A stretch of DNA of 30,407 nucleotides from an uncultured Burkholderiales bacterium. GTDB lineage: Bacteria; Pseudomonadota; Gammaproteobacteria; Burkholderiales; UBA6910. Each line of letters starts with the position of its first letter. The first letter of the stretch is position 1. Below the pieces are notes generated by a model. That model was not told the origin of the DNA, made no database searches, and saw only the letters and a list, made by a program, of their open reading frames with translations. Below, piece by piece: positions 1-8,661 of this stretch. The DNA lies in contig CAZGTK010000001.1 in NCBI GenBank assembly GCA_964528415.1, positions 1 to 30,407 of the forward strand, given 5' to 3'. The position numbers were made by a program, and so were the translations under genes.

Positions 1-604
1 CCATGCCGATCGGCCAATGGTCGAACGGACCGACCTGGCTCGCGGTGTAGGTCGGCGTGTTGTGATCCTTGCCGAACCACGACGTCGCGTAGCCGTTGTC
101 GCGAAGAATCCGACCGATCGTCGCCTTGTCCTTGCCGATGATGCTGTTGTAACCCGGAAAGCCCGTGGACTGCTCGGAGATCACGCCGAAGCCGGCCGAG
201 TGGTGGTTGCGCCCCGTGATCAGGGCCGCGCGCGTCGGCGAGCACAGCGCCGTGGAGAAGACCCGGTTGTAGCGCAGGCCTTCCTGCGCGATCCGGTCCA
301 TCGAAGGCGTCGGGATGACGCCGCCGAAGGTGCTCGGCATGCCGAAGCCGGCGTCGTCGGTGATGATGAGGAGCACGTTCGGCGCCTGCGGCGGCGGCGT
401 AACCCGCGGCGCCCACCACGGCTTCGACTGCAGCGCGCCCTCCTTGATGACACCGCCGAACTTGGGATCGGGGGGCGGCAGCTGCCTGTTGCTGATCGTC
501 GTCGTGGCGCTGGGCGAGCCCAGGGTCCCCGTCACCTGCTGCGCGAGGCCGGGCGATGCGGCGAGGGCGGCTGCAAGCAGCAGGGTTCCGATGGCGGGTT
601 TCAT
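1..604 (-). CDS. Arylsulfatase (Cys-type), N-terminal part; runs off the left edge of the window
   Basis: Not in the ORF track (no stop in window). Manual translation from ATG at 604 gives MKPAIGTLLLAAALAASPGLAQQ (Sec-like signal), PNVLLIITDDAGFG and the sulfatase signature ALCSPTRAALITGRNHH (CxPxR). Confidence 0.9.
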   Translation of the reverse strand, partial: MKPAIGTLLLAAALAASPGLAQQVTGTLGSPSATTTISNRQLPPPDPKFGGVIKEGALQSKPWWAPRVTPPPQAPNVLLIITDDAGFGMPSTFGGVIPTPSMDRIAQEGLRYNRVFSTALCSPTRAALITGRNHHSAGFGVISEQSTGFPGYNSIIGKDKATIGRILRDNGYATSWFGKDHNTPTYTASQVGPFDHWPIGM

Positions 605-777
605 TTCGCTTTTCTCCTCTCGAATCGGTCGCACGGGCGATACACGCCGCCGTTGCCACGCGGTGGCCGGGTGCCCCACAGGAGGCCCGTCCGGCACAGG
701 ACGTTCCGATGACCGACCGAAACCCGCTCCTGCGCGCGGTGCAACTCGCGATTCTCCATCGATCAGCGGCCCGATCC

Positions 778-816
778 TTGCCATATCCGGACACTAAGTT
801 GACAATTCCGGACACT
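778..816 (+). promoter_or_regulatory. Two 18-bp direct repeats at 21-bp period; candidate AraC-family binding sites
   Basis: TTGCCATATCCGGACACT (778-795) and TTGACAATTCCGGACACT (799-816), 15/18 identical; the second contains TTGACA. Lies between the divergent sulfatase and AraC genes. Confidence 0.65.
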
Positions 817-831
817 CATGGAGGCAGGACA

Positions 832-1890
832 TTGAGCGGAGCGAGGCGCCGGACCCCTCGAGCAGACCACCGCGGACACTTCCGTCTGGATGGCGTCGTG
901 CGCGCCGGGCCGCTGATGGCGATTCCCGCGTTGCTGAAGACGTTCGGCGTCGACCCCGGGCTCGTCATCCGCGAGGCCGGCCTGCGGCCATCCTCTTTCG
1001 AGGATCCCGATTCCAGGTTGCCTTACCTCGCGGCCGACCGATTGCTGGCCCGCTGCGCCGAAGCGACCGGTTGCGAGCACTTCGGGCTGCGCGTCGGGGA
1101 GCGCGCCCCGCCCTCCTCGCTCGGGGTGGCAGGATTCATGCTGCAGACGGCGGCGGACGTGCGCACCGCTCTTCGCGACCTGGTCGCCTACCTGGACCTT
1201 CACGACGACGGCGGGGTGCCGTTCGTCGACGAAACGGACGACACGTGCCTGCTCGGCTACGCCATTCAACAGCCGGGCGTACAGGCCGGGGACCAGATCT
1301 ACGATCTGTCGATGGTGATGGCATGCAACATCATGCGCACCCTCTGCGGCGCGGACTGGCGGCCCGTCGAGGTGCTGCTTTCCCGTGCGCCGCCCCGCGA
1401 CCTCGAACCATACCGGCGCGTCTTCCGGTCGCCGCTTCGCTTCAACGCCGGGCAGAGCGCGCTGGTGTTCTCCCGCCACTGGCTGGACCACCCCTTGCGG
1501 GGCGCCGATCCTCTGCTGCATCGGTATCTCGAGCGTGAGGCGCGCGAGCTGAGGACGCGGAACGATCTCGGCATCGTCGGCCAGCTGCGCGGCCTCCTGC
1601 GCACGCGCCTGTCGGGCCAGCAGTATGCGACCGCGCAGGTGGCCTCGCAGCTCGGCATGCACGAACGCACGCTGAACCGCCGTCTTCGCGCGGAAGGCAC
1701 CACCTACCGCCGCGTGCTGGAGGAAGTGCGCTATGGCGCCGCCCGGCAGCTGCTCAGCTCCAGCACCATGACGATCGACGAGATCGCGGCGGCGCTCGAC
1801 TACGCTGACGCGAGCGCCTTTACCCGCGCGTTCAGGCGGTGGTCCGGAAGCGCGCCGGCGAAGTGGCGCGCCAATGCCGGATCACGGTGA
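832..1890 (+). CDS. AraC/XylS-family transcriptional regulator (N-terminal ligand domain, C-terminal double HTH)
   Basis: In the 556..1890 frame. C-terminal VASQLGMHERTLNRRL...IAAALDYADASAFTRAFRRWSGSAP is the AraC HTH signature. Start placed at TTG 832 after GGAGG (821 region); exact start uncertain. Confidence 0.88.
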   Translation: MSGARRRTPRADHRGHFRLDGVVRAGPLMAIPALLKTFGVDPGLVIREAGLRPSSFEDPDSRLPYLAADRLLARCAEATGCEHFGLRVGERAPPSSLGVAGFMLQTAADVRTALRDLVAYLDLHDDGGVPFVDETDDTCLLGYAIQQPGVQAGDQIYDLSMVMACNIMRTLCGADWRPVEVLLSRAPPRDLEPYRRVFRSPLRFNAGQSALVFSRHWLDHPLRGADPLLHRYLEREARELRTRNDLGIVGQLRGLLRTRLSGQQYATAQVASQLGMHERTLNRRLRAEGTTYRRVLEEVRYGAARQLLSSSTMTIDEIAAALDYADASAFTRAFRRWSGSAPAKWRANAGSR

Positions 1891-2019
1891 TCCCCGGCGG
1901 AGCGGGACCCGCGGACGCCCGCCGGGCTCCGGCGCCCGCAAAGTCGCGCGTGGACGCGGTGCAGGGTAGAATTTCGACCCTTTCCGCCCGCACCGCGCCA
2001 CCGCGCCCGAAGGCTGCCC

Positions 2020-3480
2020 GTGGACATTTTGCAGACGACACCGAAACCCGGCGCCGCCGAGACCCGCCGCGACGCCCTGCGCATCGCCGGCGAGCGCGTC
2101 GCGCGCGATGCCGTCATCGAGGTGCGCTACCCGTTCACGGGTGAGGTGATCGGCACCGTCGCGCGGGCGACGGCCGCAGACGTGCGGCGCGCGTTCGCCG
2201 TTGCGCGCGCCTACCGCTGCCGGCTCTCGCGCTTCGAGCGCGCGGAGATCCTGCGCCGCGCAGCCGCCGCCGTCAGCGCACGCCGCGAGGAGCTGGCCCG
2301 GCTGATCACGCTGGAATCGGGGCTGTGCCTGAAGGACACGGCGTACGAGACGGAGCGGGCCGTCGACGTGCTCGAGTTCACCGCGCAGCAGGCGCTGGTC
2401 GACGACGGCCAGACGTTCTCCTGCGACCTCACCGCGCGCGGGCGCAACCGCAAGGTGCACACGCTGCGCGAGCCGCTTCTGGGCGTGATCAGCTCGATCA
2501 CACCGTTCAACCATCCGCTGAACCAGGTGGTGCACAAGGTGGCGCCGGCGGTGGCGACCGGCAACCGCATCGTGGTGAAGCCCACCGAGAAGGCGCCACT
2601 CGCGGCGCTGGCGTTCGCCGACATCCTCTACGAAGCCGGCCTGCCGGGACCGATGCTGTCGGTCGTCACGGGCGATCCGGCCGAGATCGGCGAGGCCATG
2701 GTCGCCGACCCCGACGCCGAGCTGGTGGCGTTCACCGGCGGCGTCGAGGTCGGCAAGCGGATCGCCGCGCGCGTCGGCTACAAGCGGCTGGTCCTGGAGC
2801 TCGGCGGCAACGACCCGCTGATCGTGCTGGAGGACGCCGACCTCGAGCGCGCGGCGGACCTCGCCGCGTGGGGCTCCTACCGCAACTCGGGCCAGCGCTG
2901 CACGGCGGTGAAGCGCATCCTGGTCCAGGAGTCGGTCGCCGCGCGCTTCACCGAACTGCTCGTCGAACGCACCCGGCTTTGGCGCTGCGGCGATCCGCTC
3001 GATCCGCGCACCGACGTCGGCACGCTGATCGACGCGGACGCGGCGCGGCGCGTGGAGGCGCGCGTCGACGACGCCGTCCGAGGCGGCGCGCGGCGGCTCG
3101 TCGGCGGCAAGCGGCGCGGCGCGCTCTATCCGCCCACCGTTCTGGACCGCGTCACGCCCGACATGCCGCTGGTGCAGGAGGAGACGTTCGGCCCGGTGTC
3201 GCCGGTAATCGCGTTCCGCGACCTCGACCATGCCATCGCCGTCGCCAACGGCACGCGCTACGGGCTGTCGGCGGCCGTGTGCACCGACCGCGCCGACGCG
3301 ATCACGCGCCTCGTGCAGGAACTGGAGGTCGGCTCGGTCAACGTCTGGGAGGTGCCCGCCTACCGCCTCGAGCTGGCGCCGTTCGGCGGCATCAAGGATT
3401 CCGGCCTCGGCGTCAAGGAAGGCATCGTCGAGGCGATGCGCAACTACACCCACGTCAAGACCTGGTCGCAGCCCTGGTAG
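2020..3480 (+). CDS. phnY: NAD-dependent aldehyde dehydrogenase, phosphonoacetaldehyde dehydrogenase (PhnY)-like
   Basis: ALDH motifs ITPFNHPLN, FTGG, LELGGNDP, SGQRCTAVKR, EETFGP. PhnY-like features: FSCDLT insert, His after the oxyanion Asn (PFNH), Arg before the catalytic Cys (QRC), YRLELAPFGG. Confidence 0.78.
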   Translation: MDILQTTPKPGAAETRRDALRIAGERVARDAVIEVRYPFTGEVIGTVARATAADVRRAFAVARAYRCRLSRFERAEILRRAAAAVSARREELARLITLESGLCLKDTAYETERAVDVLEFTAQQALVDDGQTFSCDLTARGRNRKVHTLREPLLGVISSITPFNHPLNQVVHKVAPAVATGNRIVVKPTEKAPLAALAFADILYEAGLPGPMLSVVTGDPAEIGEAMVADPDAELVAFTGGVEVGKRIAARVGYKRLVLELGGNDPLIVLEDADLERAADLAAWGSYRNSGQRCTAVKRILVQESVAARFTELLVERTRLWRCGDPLDPRTDVGTLIDADAARRVEARVDDAVRGGARRLVGGKRRGALYPPTVLDRVTPDMPLVQEETFGPVSPVIAFRDLDHAIAVANGTRYGLSAAVCTDRADAITRLVQELEVGSVNVWEVPAYRLELAPFGGIKDSGLGVKEGIVEAMRNYTHVKTWSQPW

Positions 3481-3544
3481 GTAGCGGCGAAACCCGCCCG
3501 CCGCGGGAACGGTCGAACGCGCAGTCGACGTCGCGGAGCCCACG

Positions 3545-4663
<1,119 letters not shown>

Positions 4664-4770
4664 TCGCGGCGCTCCGCTGCCTCGCCGCGCAGCGGCGCCA
4701 AGCTGCAGGTTCAGGCGCGGGTTCCAGCAGCTCACGGTGCCGCGCGACCTCCTTCCCTCTCCTCGTGCCT

Positions 4771-4794
4771 CATCCTGGGCCGCGGCTCAGGATG
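4771..4794. other. Inverted repeat/hairpin between ald and the hipBA promoter
   Basis: CATCCTG-GGCCGCGGCT-CAGGATG; 7-bp perfect stem extendable with a G-U pair; no clear U tract. Confidence 0.35.
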
Positions 4795-4844
4795 TCTCAA
4801 CCCTCTGATTGCCCTTGATTTCGTACCGGGCAGCGCCGGACTTC

Positions 4845-4914
4845 ATACGCCAGAGCGCATATTCTATTTTTATGCGCTAAACAGTATATTGAAGATTTAT
4901 ACGCCAAAGCGTAT
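4845..4914 (+). promoter_or_regulatory. Three palindromic operator-like sites at exact 27-bp spacing upstream of hipB
   Basis: ATACGC-CAGA-GCGCAT (4845-4860), ATGCGC-TAAA-CAGTAT (4872-4887, degenerate), ATACGC-CAAA-GCGTAT (4899-4914, perfect) in an AT-rich stretch; GGAGG RBS precedes ATG 4939. Confidence 0.7.
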
Positions 4915-4938
4915 CCTGCTTCGCGAAGGAGGCCCGCC

Positions 4939-5190
4939 ATGGACCAGATCGCCCGCACGCCCGAGCAGATCGGGGCCGCCGTCCGCCGCCGGCGCAAGCA
5001 GATGGCACTTTCGCAGGAAGACCTAGGTGAGCGCATCCGGCTCCGCCAGGCGACGATTTCCAAGCTCGAAGCCGGGGAGCCCGGCACGCGCCTCAAGACG
5101 CTGCTCGATGCGCTGACTGCGCTCGGCCTCGAGTTGGTCATCCGCCCGCGAACCACCGTAACGCCCGGCGAGATCGAGGACATCTTCTGA
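4939..5190 (+). CDS. hipB: HipB-like XRE-family antitoxin
   Basis: 83 aa with XRE HTH (LSQEDLGERIRLRQATISKLEAG); TGA overlaps the hipA ATG. Confidence 0.88.
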   Translation: MDQIARTPEQIGAAVRRRRKQMALSQEDLGERIRLRQATISKLEAGEPGTRLKTLLDALTALGLELVIRPRTTVTPGEIEDIF

Positions 5191-6509
5191 TGGCGGGGCG
5201 CCGCAGGACGCACGTTCCGCTGGATGTCTTTCTGAACGGCCGTCTCGTCGGCCGGCTGCGCCGCGAGCCCGGCGGCGCGATCGACTTCCGCTACGCCGAC
5301 GACTGGCTGTCGTGGGAGAGCGCCTTCCCGGTGTCGCTGTCGCTGCCGCTGCGCGAGGACCGCTACATCGGCGCGCCGGTCGTCGCGGTCTTCGACAACC
5401 TGCTTCCCGACAACGACGACATCCGCAGGCGGCTTGCCGCGCGCACGGGCGCGGGCGGCATCGATGCCTTCAGCCTCCTCGGCGCCGTCGGCCGCGACTG
5501 TGTCGGCGCGCTGCAATTCCTGCCCGAGGGCGAAGCCCCTCCCCATCCGGAAGCCGTGTCCGGCCGCGCGCTGAGCGACGGGGACGTGGCGGCGATCCTG
5601 GGGGATCTCGCGCAGGCGCCGCTGGGCGTCACGGCCGAAACCGAGTTCCGGATCTCGCTTGCCGGCGCTCAAGAGAAAACCGCGCTTCTGTGGTGGAACG
5701 GCGCTTGGCACATTCCGCACGGCGCAACGCCGACGACGCACATCCTCAAGCCGGAAATCGGCAGACGGGGTGACGTGGATCTCAGCGACAGCGTCGAGAA
5801 CGAGCACCTCTGCATGAGGATCGCGAAGGCGGCGGGACTGCCCTGCGCGGAAACGCGCATTGCGGCATTCGGCGGCACGCGCGCTCTGGTGGTCGAGCGC
5901 TTCGATCGCCGCTGGACCAGGGACGGGCGCCTGCTGCGTCTGCCGCAGGAGGATTGCTGTCAGGCGCTCGGCGTTCCGCCCTCGCGGAGATACGAGTCCG
6001 ACGGCGGACCGGGCATCGCGCAGATTCTGCAACTGCTGAAGGCGAGCGACGAGCCCGAGGTCGATCAGCGCCTGTTCCTGAAGGCGCAGGCGCTCTTCTG
6101 GCTGCTCGGCGCCACGGATGGCCACGCGAAGAACTTCAGTCTTCACCTGCTGCCGGGCGGCCGTTTCCGCATGGCGCCGCTCTACGACATCATGTCCACG
6201 CAGCCCTACGTGGACGCAAAGCAGCTACGCGACAACCAGTTCAGGCTCGCGATGGCGGTGGGACAGAACCGGCACTACAACGTCGAGGAAATCTTCCCGC
6301 GCCACTTCGAGCAAAGCGCGGCGGCGGCAGGCGTCGGCGCGGCGATGGTCGCCGATGTGATGCAGGACCTGGCGGGCACGCTGCCCCACGCCGTCGACGA
6401 AGTCGCGCGCTCGCTGCCGCCGGACTTTCCGGAGCGCCTCGTCCAGAGCATCGCGGCGGGCGTGGAACGGCGTCTGCGGCGGATCGATGGAGCGGCTCAC
6501 GGCGGGTGA
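5190..6509 (+). CDS. hipA: HipA-family Ser/Thr kinase toxin
   Basis: N-terminal coupling domain (PVSLSLPL, FDNLLPD), P-loop ISLAGAQEK, HILKP, ENE, catalytic DGHAKNFS, APLYD. Confidence 0.93.
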   Translation: MAGRRRTHVPLDVFLNGRLVGRLRREPGGAIDFRYADDWLSWESAFPVSLSLPLREDRYIGAPVVAVFDNLLPDNDDIRRRLAARTGAGGIDAFSLLGAVGRDCVGALQFLPEGEAPPHPEAVSGRALSDGDVAAILGDLAQAPLGVTAETEFRISLAGAQEKTALLWWNGAWHIPHGATPTTHILKPEIGRRGDVDLSDSVENEHLCMRIAKAAGLPCAETRIAAFGGTRALVVERFDRRWTRDGRLLRLPQEDCCQALGVPPSRRYESDGGPGIAQILQLLKASDEPEVDQRLFLKAQALFWLLGATDGHAKNFSLHLLPGGRFRMAPLYDIMSTQPYVDAKQLRDNQFRLAMAVGQNRHYNVEEIFPRHFEQSAAAAGVGAAMVADVMQDLAGTLPHAVDEVARSLPPDFPERLVQSIAAGVERRLRRIDGAAHGG

Positions 6510-6675
6510 TTCGGCCGGCCGAGGCGATCGGCGGCGGAAGCACGCGCTGACGGTCGGCCCGGGCTCAGCAGGGGCCAGCGAGCGGTCACGCGGAAGGCGC
6601 AATTTGCGAAAGTACCAGCTTCAGGACTTATGGCTTTGAAGGTGGCCGCCTGCACGGGGAAAGCGGCAAGCGTCT

Positions 6676-7908
6676 CTATCGAACACCGATCTCGGGAAAC
6701 AGACCTGGCATCCAACGGGATGCCAGAGCGGCGGGAAAGGCAAGGCGCAGCGGCGCGCGCGTACTCTCCGATGTGAGAACTCCGCAGTCCAGCAGCGCCG
6801 AAGTGATTCGGCGCGCCTGGCGCTCACCCGTGCCGACAACGCTTGTCGCATCCGCGCGAGGCAGTTCCCCGCGATAGAGCACTGCTTCGAGGATGCTGCC
6901 CGACTTGGGCGGCAGATGATCGAGCCTGATTTCTTCTTCTGCCCATAGCAGGATTCGGGCGCGCAACTTATCCGGCTGCATCAGTCTCTCCATGAAGGTG
7001 ACTTGATCGATACACGTGGTCAGAAAGAACGTCGTGAACTCGGCCAGACTCTCCTCGCTCAGATTTCCCCTGCCATCGAGGTCGTTGCGCCTTTGCTGAT
7101 CGCAGGCAGCAAGGTTGTGCTTGTAGTCGGCGACGTTGCGCGCAAGACCGCGAGCGATGGACCATACCGCCCCTGTGTCGAGAACATCGAGAAGGGTTGC
7201 GTGAGAAATCAGCCGGGCAACGCGACCATTGCCGTCAAGAAACGGGTGAATCCAGACCAACCGGTGATGCGCAGCCGCCGCCGCAAGAATGGTCTCGCTC
7301 TTGTTCAGTCTGCTGTAGACCTCTTCATAGCGATTCAGAAAACGCGGCACCGCAACTGGACTGATTGCGATGTGGTCGCCGACCTTGACATCGAGGGTCC
7401 GTAATTCTCCCGGAACGACCTTAATAACTTTCTTCGTGGCATCGTCTTCGGTCCAGAGCAAATCTTCCGGCAGCAACTCGCAAAAGCGACGGTGTACTTC
7501 GCGGATCGAAGCTACGGTGAGGGCGCGGCCCTTGAGTCCGCCGCCATCTATCCATTGTTGAACTGCAATGTGCGCCTGCGCTTCGAGTTGTAGATCGCGC
7601 TTTCTTGCGTCCTTGCTGTAGTCGCCCTTCAGGGCGCGCTCAATATCGACCGGGTGCGTGTCGTGCCCCTCGATGAGATTGCTGTAATAGCAGTTCATCG
7701 ACCGGACAAGATCGGCGAGTGATGCCAGCAGGCTTTCCGGCAGACTGCGGCGAAAGCCGGCGCTTCTCTGCGCAAGCTCGAGCGCGAGGTCGGTCAATGC
7801 GGGGCGATGGCGCTCGCCGAGCAGGAGCGGCTCCATCCTGGAAACCGTCTCTCCGCCGTCTCTGACCGAATTTGTGTCCGCTTTTTTGTCCTGTGCCTTA
7901 TCGTTCAT
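6676..7908 (-). CDS. Fic-family protein (class II-like, internal inhibitory motif) with probable C-terminal winged HTH
   Basis: Fic motif HPFLDGNGRVAR; inhibitory (S/T)xxxE(G/N) motif SNLIEG N-terminal to it; C-terminal RADATSVVGTGERQARRITSALLDCGVL looks like a wHTH. Confidence 0.9.
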   Translation of the reverse strand: MNDKAQDKKADTNSVRDGGETVSRMEPLLLGERHRPALTDLALELAQRSAGFRRSLPESLLASLADLVRSMNCYYSNLIEGHDTHPVDIERALKGDYSKDARKRDLQLEAQAHIAVQQWIDGGGLKGRALTVASIREVHRRFCELLPEDLLWTEDDATKKVIKVVPGELRTLDVKVGDHIAISPVAVPRFLNRYEEVYSRLNKSETILAAAAAHHRLVWIHPFLDGNGRVARLISHATLLDVLDTGAVWSIARGLARNVADYKHNLAACDQQRRNDLDGRGNLSEESLAEFTTFFLTTCIDQVTFMERLMQPDKLRARILLWAEEEIRLDHLPPKSGSILEAVLYRGELPRADATSVVGTGERQARRITSALLDCGVLTSESTRAPLRLAFPAALASRWMPGLFPEIGVR

Positions 7909-8009
7909 AGATGTTTTTTACTCAGAAGCTTAGATTAAGTCAAGAGGCGATAAGGACCACTTAAATGACCGCTTTCAAGGCCGGATTATCCGAGAACACG
8001 GATTATGAT

Positions 8010-8039
8010 TTGACATTGTCAGGTCTTACTGTTTAGAAT
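8010..8039 (+). promoter_or_regulatory. Sigma70-type promoter for the 8060-11796 operon with an overlapping palindrome
   Basis: -35 TTGACA (8010-8015), 18 bp, -10 TAGAAT (8034-8039). Palindrome TGACA-T-TGTCA (8011-8021) overlaps the -35. GGAG precedes ATG 8060. Confidence 0.7.
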
Positions 8040-8059
8040 GCTGACATTGGAGATGTTTC

Positions 8060-8629
8060 ATGAGTGACGGTCCCCATAGAAGTCTTCCGATGTCCCGCTC
8101 TTGGAAGCGGGTCGCCGAGTACGCGGAGAATGAGAATTTCGGGCGCGCTGACATGTGTGCCGCTGCGACCGAGGCGCTTGAGCAAACCTGCCGAAAAAGC
8201 CTCCCTTCGGAGTTGATGGAAGGATTACGCAGCATCTTCCTCGAACAGCAAGCCGGGCTGTTCTCCGACCGGCGTGCCGATTCGCTCGACGCGTTGCGGC
8301 CACTTGCTGCCGGGCACGGAATCGCCAGGCTCCTCCTCGATCACGCGACCTGCGTGGTGCGCGAGGGCGGAGCCGGTGAAAGTGGATTGGTCGAAGCTGC
8401 GGAGCGGATGCTCACGGCCATCGGTGAGACCTTCACGCGCCAGATTGAAGAGCACTACCTGCGTGAGGCGGCACAGCCCCTCGCAAGTCAGGCCATCGGG
8501 CGTGTGGAGAAGGCGCTTGAGGACACCGACAAGCGCGCGCTTGCGCGGCAGCTTTGCGGTCTTGAGGCGGGATCACCACGACGTGCGTCTCTCAAGCACA
8601 AGGACATCGACGACGGGGTGCCACTATAA
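8060..8629 (+). CDS. Hypothetical protein (189 aa, appears mainly helical); first gene of the QueC-like operon
   Basis: ORF with promoter and RBS upstream and a normal protein-like composition, directly followed by the QueC-like gene; no family motif recognised. Confidence 0.75.
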   Translation: MSDGPHRSLPMSRSWKRVAEYAENENFGRADMCAAATEALEQTCRKSLPSELMEGLRSIFLEQQAGLFSDRRADSLDALRPLAAGHGIARLLLDHATCVVREGGAGESGLVEAAERMLTAIGETFTRQIEEHYLREAAQPLASQAIGRVEKALEDTDKRALARQLCGLEAGSPRRASLKHKDIDDGVPL

Positions 8630-8661
8630 ACGCGCTCGTCGAATCCGCTCGCACGGATGCA

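Noticed and set aside
17-797. Plus-strand ORFs 17-712 and 315-797
   Set aside because: Antisense to the arylsulfatase, which has clear motifs; no recognisable features of their own.
6810-6822. GGCGCGCCTGGCG matches 12/13 nt of the tRNA-Arg 3' region (17709-17721); possible att site
   Set aside because: Short, almost all G/C, and inside the intact fic coding sequence; expected by chance at this GC content.
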